Shown here one piece after another: positions 1 through 8,641 of a stretch of 14,218 nucleotides of DNA. Made by a program: the position numbers and the translations under genes. Numbering within the stretch: position 1 is the stretch's first letter; each line of letters starts with the position of its first letter. Below the pieces are notes generated by a model. The model was not told the origin of the DNA, made no database searches, and worked only from the letters and a program-made list of their open reading frames with translations. This DNA is from Candidatus Ozemobacter sp. (GTDB lineage: Bacteria; Muiribacteriota; Ozemobacteria; Ozemobacterales; Ozemobacteraceae), in assembly GCA_030446435.1 (NCBI GenBank), contig JASURT010000077.1:1-14218 (forward strand). The letters run 5' to 3'.

Positions 1-950
1 TTGAAGTTTTGCTTCAATTTTCCGATTTCATCATCAAATAAGACCGATGTCTGTACCGAAAAATCGCCTTCGGCAAGCTTGCTCATTTTTTCAACCAGAA
101 AATCGATCGGTTCCTGAATCGACTTGTAAAGTAACTGCATATTACCGATTAGAAACACCGCTGAAGTAGTGATAAGCATAAGTGCATTTACCTGATAATC
201 ATAAAGAACGATATAATCTTTGTAGATAAAGGCCGCAATTATTGCCATCGGTATAAGCATCAGAAAAAAAAGCATCGATAAAAGCTTGCCATAGATGCTT
301 AAAGAAGCACGCCCCGCCGATTTTTCGTTTGAATATGAAAAATAATTGCTGACATACATGAAAAGAGTCGGTTCAAGGTAAAGATAGAACAGATAGCATT
401 CAATAATCAGCCAGACCAGATGATAAATCATTGTGGAAAAGGTGAAGCCCGACTCGACACTTTGAAACAGCGTGGTTATGAACCAGATGCTGTGCGATAA
501 GAGAATGTAAGAAAATACCGCCTGGTAAAAATTATTATATCTGCGCTCAGCTTTTGCTTTAAGCTCATTTTCATTTTTACGCAGAAAAACAAGTAAAGGC
601 CGCATCCAGAAATAAAGCAGAATCAAAGCGGCAATTCTTAACCAGAATGCCAGAAAATTGCCCGAAACTCTGGTTTGCATCTTGCCGTCTTTGTTGCCAA
701 CCTCGACCTTGCCGACCGTCGAAAGTTCAATTTGCCTGGAATCAAGAATAAGCTTCTCTATTTCAGGCGAGTCTGAAGCTCCTGTTTTTCTGGCAATTTC
801 AACAGCCTTGCTGTTGTCAACCAAAAAGGCAAACAGAAAATTGTTTGCATAAATCTGTGCAAACAAAGATATAAAAAGAAAAGGCAATAATATCAACCTG
901 AAGAAGTTGGTATTTTTCATCTTCCTCAGATGAGAAGCATCCTGATCCAT
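1..950 (-). CDS. HAMP-domain membrane sensor protein, 5' partial. The N-terminal ~316 aa are present and the gene runs off the left edge.
   Basis: ATG at 950-948 with GAGGAA about 4 nt upstream. I hand-translated the reverse strand in this frame down to position 3 and found no stop. Predicted layout: a signal/TM1 (MKNTNFFRLILLPFLFISLFAQIYA), a ~70-aa extracytoplasmic segment, about 5-6 further hydrophobic helices, then a canonical HAMP linker (IQEPIDFLVEKMSKLAEGDFSVQTSVLFDDEIGKLKQNF). The output domain lies outside the window. The ORF is missing from the supplied track because it has no in-window stop. Confidence 0.6.
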   Translation of the reverse strand, partial: MDQDASHLRKMKNTNFFRLILLPFLFISLFAQIYANNFLFAFLVDNSKAVEIARKTGASDSPEIEKLILDSRQIELSTVGKVEVGNKDGKMQTRVSGNFLAFWLRIAALILLYFWMRPLLVFLRKNENELKAKAERRYNNFYQAVFSYILLSHSIWFITTLFQSVESGFTFSTMIYHLVWLIIECYLFYLYLEPTLFMYVSNYFSYSNEKSAGRASLSIYGKLLSMLFFLMLIPMAIIAAFIYKDYIVLYDYQVNALMLITTSAVFLIGNMQLLYKSIQEPIDFLVEKMSKLAEGDFSVQTSVLFDDEIGKLKQNF

Positions 951-1014
951 ATGTTCCTCTATAGTATTTTAGAATTATAACAATTTTGCCGGTCAGCAGA
1001 TAGGTAATTTGATT

Positions 1015-1449
1015 TTAGTTGCCTTTAGCTGTTATCTGCTCTTCTGAAATTTCGCTAGTCAGTTTTGCAGCAAAACTTTCTTTTGGCCTGATAAAGAACT
1101 TTCTGGCAGCCATAAGCATTATAAAAGCGATTACGCTTAAAAGAATGTCAATCACGGTAAGGTCCGGTTTCATGGTTTTTCTGGCCACTACAAAAGCAAG
1201 TAGCTCCAAGACCGCTTCAAGATCATGCGTCAGCAGAGTTCTTATCAGCTCCAGACAGATAACCAGTAGAAGAATTCTGTTTATCAGTTCGTAAAGTGAT
1301 TCTGTAAGGCTCCAGTCGACTCCTCCCATCGAGGCAACTGAAAAATAAAAGAAAACTGCCATTCCCAACAATATGGAAATGGCAAGTATTCGTTCGCACC
1401 ACAATGTCACGCGGCGTAGAATTTCTGAAATTCTCGTCACTCTTGGCAT
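1015..1449 (-). CDS. small polytopic membrane protein, PsiE-like (phosphate-starvation-inducible E family)
   Basis: A 144-aa ORF with about 4 hydrophobic helices. Its pattern (YELINRILLLVICLELIRTLL...LLAFVVARK) recalls the E. coli PsiE core ([21 protein letters not shown]...). A GAGGAG motif lies upstream of the ATG. The family call comes from remembered similarity only. Confidence 0.45.
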   Translation of the reverse strand: MPRVTRISEILRRVTLWCERILAISILLGMAVFFYFSVASMGGVDWSLTESLYELINRILLLVICLELIRTLLTHDLEAVLELLAFVVARKTMKPDLTVIDILLSVIAFIMLMAARKFFIRPKESFAAKLTSEISEEQITAKGN

Positions 1450-1731
1450 AGAAAAAAATTCTCCTCACAAAGTCTGATTGCATCGATACTACAATATTTT
1501 CCACCGGTTAAACAACTGCCCCCGGCAAAATCGCAAAAAATTTCAGCTGTTAAAGGCAAAATCAGAGAGTCAGAGTCGCCAAAGCAGGCCAATTTTTCCT
1601 TCTTACAAAAAAATTTGAAACAAGCCGGGAAAAAAAGAATTGAATTGCAGGGATTGTAAAGAAAAATCTGGCAAAAATGAACGAAACACGTTAGATTCAT
1701 GCAATAAAATCTCATCTTGAAAGGAATAGGT
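1450..1731. promoter_or_regulatory. 282-nt A-rich divergent intergenic region. It should hold the promoters for the minus-strand PsiE-like gene and for plus-strand oraS/oraE.
   Basis: Divergent gene starts at 1449 (minus) and 1732 (plus). TTGAAA/TTGCAG-like -35 hexamers occur at ~1614-1650. I could not fix a clean -10. There are A-tract repeats (caaaaaatttcag / caaaaaaatttgaaac). Confidence 0.3.
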
Positions 1732-2082
1732 ATGAGCGAAGAAAGAATCAGAAAATTCGAAGCTCGTCGCCAGGAATTGAAAAAAATGGGTGATGATGAG
1801 CTAAAACAGAGGTTCTGGGAACTCTGCAAAAAAGTTGTTGAACCCATGACCGAATACGGAAGCAAATACACCTCTCCGTCAATTGAACGCTCAGTTTTGT
1901 TGAGAATGGGAATTGACAGCCCTACTTCCCAGGGCGCGGTTGTGGCAATTAACGAAGCCGGTTTGCTTGGCAAAGGCGCCGGGCACGTCGTTTTGAAGGT
2001 TGCAAAAAACTTGAACCTTGAAATTCGTGAAGCCGCAAAAAAAATCTCTGAAGACAAAACCGTGCTTGAAGGGCTTTTTTAA
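1732..2082 (+). CDS. oraS: D-ornithine 4,5-aminomutase small subunit OraS
   Basis: 117 aa from the ATG at 1732, with AGGAA 5 nt upstream. The track's 1717 start is a TTG extension. The gene sits directly upstream of a ~734-aa B12/PLP protein, as expected for OraS. The conserved segment TSPSIERSVLLRMG and the size match OraS. Confidence 0.8.
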   Translation: MSEERIRKFEARRQELKKMGDDELKQRFWELCKKVVEPMTEYGSKYTSPSIERSVLLRMGIDSPTSQGAVVAINEAGLLGKGAGHVVLKVAKNLNLEIREAAKKISEDKTVLEGLF

Positions 2083-2098
2083 GAGAAAGGTGAGAAAT

Positions 2099-4303
2099 AT
2101 GCAGCAAAAATTAGATCCGAAAAAGAAACTTGATATAGAAGAAATTTTAGAAAATCTCGAAAATTATCATCCGCGTCGAAAAGGCTGGACATGGCGTCAG
2201 CCCGTTGAAGGCGGCTACAAGGTCGGAAAGTTTCATTTCAAGGATATGACACAGCCTTTGAAAAACTCAATCCCTCTGCCGGCTGCCAAATATTTTGACA
2301 ACATCGATCCTCAACCTAAGCCTGTAATTACCACTGAAATAGCTTCCGGAAGATTTGAAGACGATATTCGCCGTATGCGCATGGCGGCATGGCATGGCGC
2401 TGACCATATAATGGTAATTCGAACCACCGGGCAAAGCCATATCGACGGACTTTTAGAAGGCACCCCGGAAGGCGTGGGCGGTGTTCCCATAACCCGAAAA
2501 CAAATCAGAGCTTCAAGAAAAGCCTGTGATCAGATCGAAGACGAAGTCGGTCGCCCGATCAACTTTCATTCTTATGTATCAGGCGTTGCCGGCCCTGAAG
2601 TGGCGGTTCTTTTTGCCGAAGAAGGCATTAATGGCGCTCATCAGGACCCACAATACAACGTGCTTTACCGCAATGTTAACATGTATCGATCGTTCACCGA
2701 CGCCGCCAGCGCAAAAAAAGTCATGGCCGACGCCGGAATTTTTCAGATCGACGGCGCGCATAACGCAAACGCCACTGCTAAAGAAGGCTGGTCAGTCATG
2801 CCCGAACTTCTGGTTCAACATGGCATAAACTGTGCATTTTCCGAATCAGTCGGTATGCCGAAAGAGCAGATCGGTCTTTCAACAGTTCCTCCCTGTGCTC
2901 CACCTTCGCCGAAACTCTGGTATGATCTTCCATACGCCGTTGCTTTGCGCGATATTTTCAGTGAATACAAATTCAGAGCGCAGCAGAATACCAGATACAT
3001 CGAATCCGATATCGAAGAAGCCACCCGAACCCATGTTATCGATACCCTGATTTCTGCTTTGACCCATGTTGATATTCAAAGCACCATTACCCCTGATGAA
3101 GGCCGAAACGTTCCCTGGCATCATAACAATATCAGGGGCATCGAAACGGCAAAACAGACTTTGGTAGCACTCGATGGTATCAAACAGCTTATAAAGATCG
3201 ATCGTGACGGGCCTCTTGGTGAAATGGTGCGCGATCTCAAAGAACGTGCAATATGCTTTCTCGAAGAAATGGTTGAAACCGGCGGATATTTTGCCGCTGT
3301 CGAGAAGGGTTTCTTTGTAGATTCAGCAAAATATCCTGAAAGAAATGGCGACGGAATCGCCCGTGATGGAAAAGGCGGCGTCGGGGTCGGCAGCATTGTC
3401 GAAAGAGATGCCGATTATTTTGCTCCGGTTTGCAGTGTTTTCGGTCACAACAATGTTCCTGCAGGGGTCGATAAGGCCTGTGATCTTATTGACGGCTGCA
3501 CCCTTTGCAAACCCGAAAAAATCTATTATATCGATGAAATCGATGCTAGTGACAACTGTAATCTCAGACTTGAAAAGACCGTTGATTTCAGAAAAGGCGA
3601 CAAAATCAAGCCTGAAGTGGAATGGGCCGGCGATGGCACCGTTCTGATTCAGTTGTTCTTGCCCGAAGAAATCGAAGTTGCCAGAGTGGCGGCCCTTGAA
3701 GTCGCCAAAAAGATGGGTTTGTCTGAGCCTGAAGTAATCAATGCTCAGGTTATGCACCCCTCAGAAGGTACCTTCCTTGAAGTTAAGGGCAAAGTAGATT
3801 TTACTATCGATAAAAAGAGCCTGAAAATTCCGCCGAAAGAGATTCTTCTTTCTGAAGATGAAATTCGTGCCGGTATCAAAAAGGTCGGACTCAAAGTCGT
3901 CGCCGGCACAGTCGGTGAAGACGAACATTCAGTTGGTCTTCGTGAAATTCTTGATATCAAACATGGCGGCATTGAAAAATACGGCGTTAAATATCACTAC
4001 CTCGGCACTTCGGTTCCCATAGGCAAAATGGTCGATGCGGCTATCGAAACCGGGGCTCAGGCCATACTTATCAGTACAATCATCAGTCATAACGATGTTC
4101 ACCGCAAGAACATGCGCAAACTTGACGAACTTTGCCGCGAAAAAGGCATTCGCGACAAAATCATTCTTATCTGCGGCGGCACCCAGGTAACCAGAGAGAT
4201 TGCCCGGGAATGTGGCATGGATGATGGTTTCGGTCGTGGCAGCAAAGGAATTCAGGTAGTTGATTCAATCGTTAAAATACTGAAGAACCAGGGCGCTATC
4301 TAG
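2099..4303 (+). CDS. oraE: D-ornithine 4,5-aminomutase large subunit OraE (PLP- and adenosylcobalamin-dependent)
   Basis: 734 aa. The ATG at 2099 is preceded by AAGGTGAG. The track's 2018 start would overlap oraS by 65 nt and lacks an RBS. The C-terminal Rossmann-like B12-binding domain carries the DxHxxG motif (GEDEHSVG) and a downstream GG (ILICGGTQV). The small-plus-large subunit layout matches OraS/OraE rather than KamD/KamE. Confidence 0.88.
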   Translation: MQQKLDPKKKLDIEEILENLENYHPRRKGWTWRQPVEGGYKVGKFHFKDMTQPLKNSIPLPAAKYFDNIDPQPKPVITTEIASGRFEDDIRRMRMAAWHGADHIMVIRTTGQSHIDGLLEGTPEGVGGVPITRKQIRASRKACDQIEDEVGRPINFHSYVSGVAGPEVAVLFAEEGINGAHQDPQYNVLYRNVNMYRSFTDAASAKKVMADAGIFQIDGAHNANATAKEGWSVMPELLVQHGINCAFSESVGMPKEQIGLSTVPPCAPPSPKLWYDLPYAVALRDIFSEYKFRAQQNTRYIESDIEEATRTHVIDTLISALTHVDIQSTITPDEGRNVPWHHNNIRGIETAKQTLVALDGIKQLIKIDRDGPLGEMVRDLKERAICFLEEMVETGGYFAAVEKGFFVDSAKYPERNGDGIARDGKGGVGVGSIVERDADYFAPVCSVFGHNNVPAGVDKACDLIDGCTLCKPEKIYYIDEIDASDNCNLRLEKTVDFRKGDKIKPEVEWAGDGTVLIQLFLPEEIEVARVAALEVAKKMGLSEPEVINAQVMHPSEGTFLEVKGKVDFTIDKKSLKIPPKEILLSEDEIRAGIKKVGLKVVAGTVGEDEHSVGLREILDIKHGGIEKYGVKYHYLGTSVPIGKMVDAAIETGAQAILISTIISHNDVHRKNMRKLDELCREKGIRDKIILICGGTQVTREIARECGMDDGFGRGSKGIQVVDSIVKILKNQGAI

Positions 4304-4315
4304 TTCTGCAATGTG

Positions 4316-4360
4316 CATCGGCGAAGTCCCGTTTTCGGGGCCTCGCCGATGTTTCTTTTT
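4316..4360 (+). terminator. rho-independent terminator downstream of oraE
   Basis: A 9-bp perfect outer stem (catcggcga / tcgccgatg) continues into an inner cccg-tttt-cggg hairpin. It is followed by tttcttttt. Confidence 0.75.
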
Positions 4361-4487
4361 AAAGCGCATCCTGCCATATTCTCAGCTTTTCGAAGTCCTC
4401 GTGCCGGTATTTGCTGAGCATCGCTACCGAAAGACGTTTCTGGCTTTCTGAACAAACTTTGCACGAATTTTCTGTTGTTCGGCAAAG

Positions 4488-4523
4488 TTGTTATTGCTTG
4501 CGGGGTATGCTAAGATTGGCAAA
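4488..4523 (+). promoter_or_regulatory. candidate sigma70-type promoter for the glmL-like/orr-like/alr transcription unit
   Basis: TTGTTA (4488-4493), a 17-nt spacer, then TAAGAT (4511-4516), about 30 nt upstream of the ATG at 4547. Sequence pattern only. Confidence 0.35.
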
Positions 4524-4546
4524 AATTACACTATAAGGTCATTGTT

Positions 4547-5875
4547 ATGGGCGAAACACTGGATTTTCTGACTCTTGAAGTTGGCAGCACCATTACCAAA
4601 GCCAATGGTTTTATCAAAACTTCAGACAATTTTCTCAGACATGTGGCGCAGGGATTCGCGCCAACCACCGTAGACCAGGGAAATGTCGGCATCGGGCTGA
4701 AAAACGCCATCGATAATCTTGAAGAAACCAGTGGTTGCAGCACAGACAAGGCTGATATTTTTGCCAACAGCTCTGCAGCTGGTGGTTTAAGGGTAACTGT
4801 TCACGGATTGACCTACAATATGACTGCCAGGGCTGCCCGAGAAGCTAGTCTTGGCGCGGGCGCAATAATCAAAATGGTTACTGCCGGTGATCTAAGTGAA
4901 TATGACCTTGAAGAAATCGAAGAGATCGAGCCGAACATGATTGTTCTGGCCGGTGGAGTCGATTTTGGTGCCCGGGATGTGGTTTTGCAAAATGCCATAA
5001 AGATTGCTTCGTTAGATTTGCGGGTGCCGGTAGTCTACGCAGGAAACAGTGCCCTTAAACGCGGTATCGAAAACATTTTCAAAAAATCCGGTATCGAATT
5101 GATGATCGCTCCGAATGTTTTTCCCGATGTAGACGTTCTCGATGTTGAACCACTTAGAAAAAGAATGCAGGAGCTTTTTTCGCGTAATATCATTCATGCT
5201 CCGGGCATGAACAGGCTCGAAACCCTTACGACCCGACAGATTATGCCTACTCCTGGTGCGGTTTTGAAGGGTGCAGAACTCTTTGCTGAAGTTGCCGGCG
5301 ATTGTATGATCGTTGATGTTGGCGGCGCGACGACTGACGTTCACTCGGTAACCGAGGGAAGCCCCGAATTCGCTGCCAAGCTGGTTGATCCCGAGCCCAG
5401 ATGCAAAAGAACCGTTGAAGGCGATCTTGGGGTTTACGTCAATGCCTCGAATGTTCTCGAACTGGCAGAAGATGATTCCTGGCTCGATCGCCGTAATGAA
5501 GTAAAAGCAATGCCTGCTACCGATAACGAAAAAGAAGTTACCAGCTGGTTATGCCGCAAAGCGGTTGAAGTTGGAGTTCGTCGGCACGCCGGAACCATAG
5601 GCGATCTTTTCACCCCATCCGGTAAAAAGCAGATTATCAAAGGCAAAGATCTTTCTGCGGTAAAATGGGTTATTGGCACCGGGGGCGCGCTGACCCGGGT
5701 CGATGGTGGCGAAGCGATTTTGAAATCGATATGTACCGGTCCCGGCAAATCTTTATTGCCCAAGCCCGAAACCAGGATTTTTCTGGACAAAAGTTATCTT
5801 TTTTCTGCTTTGGGCACCATCGCTCTTGAATTTCCAGAGTTGGTAAAGAATACATTCAAAGAATGGATTAAATAA
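4547..5875 (+). CDS. GlmL/MutL-family accessory protein of B12-dependent mutases (putative aminomutase reactivase/chaperone)
   Basis: 442 aa. The N-terminal LDFLTLEVGSTITKANGF fits the GlmL (glutamate mutase L) consensus LxxDxGSTxTK. The size matches GlmL (~460 aa). It is placed next to the B12 aminomutase genes. Confidence 0.65.
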   Translation: MGETLDFLTLEVGSTITKANGFIKTSDNFLRHVAQGFAPTTVDQGNVGIGLKNAIDNLEETSGCSTDKADIFANSSAAGGLRVTVHGLTYNMTARAAREASLGAGAIIKMVTAGDLSEYDLEEIEEIEPNMIVLAGGVDFGARDVVLQNAIKIASLDLRVPVVYAGNSALKRGIENIFKKSGIELMIAPNVFPDVDVLDVEPLRKRMQELFSRNIIHAPGMNRLETLTTRQIMPTPGAVLKGAELFAEVAGDCMIVDVGGATTDVHSVTEGSPEFAAKLVDPEPRCKRTVEGDLGVYVNASNVLELAEDDSWLDRRNEVKAMPATDNEKEVTSWLCRKAVEVGVRRHAGTIGDLFTPSGKKQIIKGKDLSAVKWVIGTGGALTRVDGGEAILKSICTGPGKSLLPKPETRIFLDKSYLFSALGTIALEFPELVKNTFKEWIK

Positions 5876-5876
5876 A

Positions 5877-6986
5877 ATGATTGATTATAAAGATCAACAG
5901 ACAAAAAGATGCAAAACCCCCAGGTTAGAAATATACCCCGACAGAATTCGTCAGAATGCTGAGGCAATCGTTTCTCAGTGTCATAATGAAGGGGTCAGGG
6001 TGGCTTGTGTAACCAAGGTTACTTCTGCTCATCCGGCTGTGGCGCGTGCCATGACCGAAGGCGGAGCAGACCTGCTTGCCGATTCGCGCCTGGAAAATCT
6101 CTGGAAGTTACGCCAGGCTGGTTTGCGCGGTCCATTCCTGCTTTTGCGACTTCCGGCGCTGTCGCAGATCGATGAAGTCGTTGATGTGGCTGATTATAGC
6201 TTGAATTCAAGTCTGGTAACTATTAAGGCTCTTTCTGAAGCAGCTCTAAAGCGAAATTTGCGCCATAAGGTCATTGTAATGATCGATGTAGGCGATCTTC
6301 GCGAAGGAGTTTGGCCAGACAAGGCCATTGAACTGGTAAACAGTGCTGCAAGCCTTAAAGGCGTCGAAATTGTCGGCCTTGGTTGCAACCTTGCCTGTTA
6401 TGGCGGGGTTATTCCGTCTGAAATTAACATGAAGTTGTTCGTCGACACGGTTAAAGCCTGCCGAAAGGCAACCGGTCTTAAATTGCCCATACTCTGCGGC
6501 GGCAACAGCTCGGGTTTACCTCTGATGGCCGCCGGCAAACTTCCGACCGAAGTAAATCTTTACCGCATCGGTGAAGCCATTATTCTGGGGCGAAACGTTA
6601 TTGACCGATCACCATGGCAGGGGACCAGACAAGATACGGTTCTGGCCGTCGGTGAAGTTATCGAAGCAGAAACAAAGCCATCGATGCCGATTGGCGAGCG
6701 CGGTCAGGATGCTTTTGGTGAAACCCAGGAATTCGTCGACCGGGGCTTGAGAAAAAGAGTGATACTCAATCTTGGCCGTCAGGATATTGTGGTTGACGGT
6801 ATTACCCCGGTTGAAGACGGAATCATCGTTCTGGGAGGTTCGAGCGATCACCTTCTGCTTGATGTTCAAGATTGCCGCAGAGATTTGAAGGTCGGTGATG
6901 AAGTGGCGTTTTACCCGGGTTATGGTGCTTTGCTGGCTTTGTCGACTTCAGAATATGTTCAGAAAGTGGTAATAGAGGCAGAGTAA
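5877..6986 (+). CDS. PLP-dependent amino-acid racemase of the alanine-racemase fold, candidate ornithine racemase (Orr-like)
   Basis: 369 aa. The ATG sits 1 nt after the preceding stop (TAAaATG). The N-terminal TIM-barrel lysine context (VACVTKVTSAHPAVA) and the ADSRLENL segment are as recalled for the Orr / 'AR-like 1' family. It is not a canonical Alr because it lacks the AVVKANAYGHG motif. The substrate is inferred from operon context. Confidence 0.6.
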   Translation: MIDYKDQQTKRCKTPRLEIYPDRIRQNAEAIVSQCHNEGVRVACVTKVTSAHPAVARAMTEGGADLLADSRLENLWKLRQAGLRGPFLLLRLPALSQIDEVVDVADYSLNSSLVTIKALSEAALKRNLRHKVIVMIDVGDLREGVWPDKAIELVNSAASLKGVEIVGLGCNLACYGGVIPSEINMKLFVDTVKACRKATGLKLPILCGGNSSGLPLMAAGKLPTEVNLYRIGEAIILGRNVIDRSPWQGTRQDTVLAVGEVIEAETKPSMPIGERGQDAFGETQEFVDRGLRKRVILNLGRQDIVVDGITPVEDGIIVLGGSSDHLLLDVQDCRRDLKVGDEVAFYPGYGALLALSTSEYVQKVVIEAE

Positions 6987-6987
6987 A

Positions 6988-8112
6988 ATGCTATATCAGA
7001 CACATGCGCAGGTTCACCTGCAAAACATAAAATTCAATATCGAAAATATCAGAAAGGCGATTGGCCCTGAACGAAAAATTCTCATCGCGGTTAAGGCCAA
7101 TGCTTACGGCCACGGCGCGGTCGAAGTCTCGCAGATGGCTGAAAAATCAGGGGTCGACTGGCTGGGTGTTGCCACGGTTCCCGAGGGAATGCAACTGAGG
7201 CAGGCCGGAATCAAATTGCCGATTCTTAAATTCAGTCCCGCTTTTCCAGAAGAAATGGAAGAAGCCGTAAAAAATGATCTTACAATGGCTGTTATTTCTG
7301 CTGAAAACGTAAGAGCTCTTGAAAACACTGCGGCAAAGCTTGATAAGACCGTAAACGTGCATCTTAAAATCGAGACCGGCATGGGCCGAATTGGTGTAAA
7401 TGCCGATGAAGCAATTGCGCTGGCCGAAGAAATCATAAAAAACTGCCCTCATCTGCATCTGCAGGGTGCGATGACTCATCTTCCCGTCAGTGATGAAGCC
7501 AGCAAAACCTTTACCAGTCGTCAGATAGACCGATTCAAAAAGCATGTGAAAAGCATTGAAGAAACGCTTAACTTTAAATTCGAGCTTGTTCACTGCGCCA
7601 ACTCAGGTGCCGTGCTCGCGCACCCTGATGGATGGCTTGACATGGTAAGACCCGGTATCATGATTTATGGTTTTTACCCTTCAAAAGATACCCCGCAAAC
7701 GATCGAACTAAAGCCCGGGTTGAGTTTTAAAACCAGAGTTTCTTTTATTAAAAAGGTTTCTAAAGGCTCGTCGATAGGTTATGGTCGAACCTGGATCGCG
7801 CCTGAAGATACCTGGATAGCTACTTTTCCGGCTGGTTATGCAGATGGTTTCAATCGCCTTTTTTCAAATGAGGGCAGAGTGTTGATTGCAGGCAAATCTT
7901 ACCCGGTTGTTGGCCGCGTCTGCATGGACCAGAGTATGTGCAATCTCGGGCCAGAAACCGATATAAAGATTGGTGACATGGTTACTTTGATCGGTACGGA
8001 TAAAGAAGAAACAATTAGTGCTTACGAATGGGCCGAAAAGCTTGATACAATAACCTACGAAGTTACCTGTCAGATAAATGGGCGGGTGAAACGTTATTTC
8101 GACCCGTATTGA
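6988..8112 (+). CDS. alr: alanine racemase
   Basis: 374 aa. The canonical PLP-lysine motif AVKANAYGHG is near the N-terminus and the C-terminal GRVCMDQ tyrosine-region motif is present. The ATG is 1 nt after the upstream stop, with AGAGG upstream. Confidence 0.85.
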   Translation: MLYQTHAQVHLQNIKFNIENIRKAIGPERKILIAVKANAYGHGAVEVSQMAEKSGVDWLGVATVPEGMQLRQAGIKLPILKFSPAFPEEMEEAVKNDLTMAVISAENVRALENTAAKLDKTVNVHLKIETGMGRIGVNADEAIALAEEIIKNCPHLHLQGAMTHLPVSDEASKTFTSRQIDRFKKHVKSIEETLNFKFELVHCANSGAVLAHPDGWLDMVRPGIMIYGFYPSKDTPQTIELKPGLSFKTRVSFIKKVSKGSSIGYGRTWIAPEDTWIATFPAGYADGFNRLFSNEGRVLIAGKSYPVVGRVCMDQSMCNLGPETDIKIGDMVTLIGTDKEETISAYEWAEKLDTITYEVTCQINGRVKRYFDPY

Positions 8113-8191
8113 CCAAAATCACAGAAAGAAATAAAGTGCTCATTCGAAAAAAACTTGAATAGCTGAGCATTAACTAATAGAATAAGCCGCA

Positions 8192-8623
8192 ATGGCAGTA
8201 AAAACAGTATCTACAGAAATAATTGACGAAATCCTTCAAACTCTGGGCCTGAAAAAGTTTTCAAGGCCTTATGCGGCTATGATCGACCCGGGTGATTTTG
8301 GCACCGTAGCAACCTATATTCCGTTGTTTCCGGATGAATATAAAAAATTGCCCCCGAATCTTCAGGCTCACGTTTATCTTGTCGCACCCGGACAATATGG
8401 GTTGATATGTTTTTTGCCCAGAACTTTCGAATCGCCCGATGGTGGCAAGCCAACTGAAGTTTCGACTACACATGATGTCTGGGGAAAAATGGTTCGTGTG
8501 GCTTATAAAACCGATCGTGGTGGAGAATTTGAAACCGAGCACAGTATTAGAAGAGACAGACTGCTGCTCTACGCCAAAAAGAAGAAACTGCCGATAAGCA
8601 ATTCGGTAAAAATTTCTTCCTAA
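8192..8623 (+). CDS. hypothetical protein (143 aa), likely co-transcribed with the downstream beta-CASP nuclease
   Basis: An intact ORF with no recognisable motif. It has a Lys-rich C-terminus (YAKKKKLPISNSVKISS). It ends 18 nt before the next gene's ATG. It has a weak RBS. Confidence 0.45.
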   Translation: MAVKTVSTEIIDEILQTLGLKKFSRPYAAMIDPGDFGTVATYIPLFPDEYKKLPPNLQAHVYLVAPGQYGLICFLPRTFESPDGGKPTEVSTTHDVWGKMVRVAYKTDRGGEFETEHSIRRDRLLLYAKKKKLPISNSVKISS

Positions 8624-8641
8624 GAAGTTGAAAGGATAAAT

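Noticed and set aside
1450-1731. possible cobalamin riboswitch in the long leader upstream of the B12-dependent oraSE genes
   Set aside because: I looked for a B12-box-like core (GCCACTG-type) and the paired conserved stems and found none. B12 riboswitches also normally control B12 supply genes rather than B12-dependent enzymes. The region is kept only as a promoter region.
1437-2057. 206-aa minus-strand ORF antisense to oraS and the oraS-oraE junction
   Set aside because: It fully overlaps oraS, which has clear family similarity, a good RBS and operon logic. The antisense ORF is low-complexity and Phe/Ser-rich with no motif. It is typical of a shadow ORF in AT-rich DNA.
2018-2098. N-terminal 27-codon extension of the oraE ORF as given in the ORF track (start at 2018)
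   Set aside because: It would overlap oraS by 65 nt and has no RBS. The ATG at 2099 has AAGGTGAG at ideal spacing and gives a 734-aa product that matches OraE in size.
2526-3972. several 60-144-aa ORFs on both strands inside oraE (e.g. 3323..3757 minus, 3345..3647 plus)
   Set aside because: They are nested in or antisense to the oraE coding frame, which carries the B12 DxHxxG domain. No RBS or motif support.
4300-4485. 61-aa minus-strand ORF in the oraE-glmL intergenic region
   Set aside because: It overlaps the intrinsic terminator hairpin and the candidate promoter. It has no RBS and is Arg/Gly-rich, typical of translation through a GC hairpin.
7104-7593. 110-aa and 148-aa minus-strand ORFs inside alr
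   Set aside because: Antisense to a canonical alanine racemase frame. Shadow ORFs.
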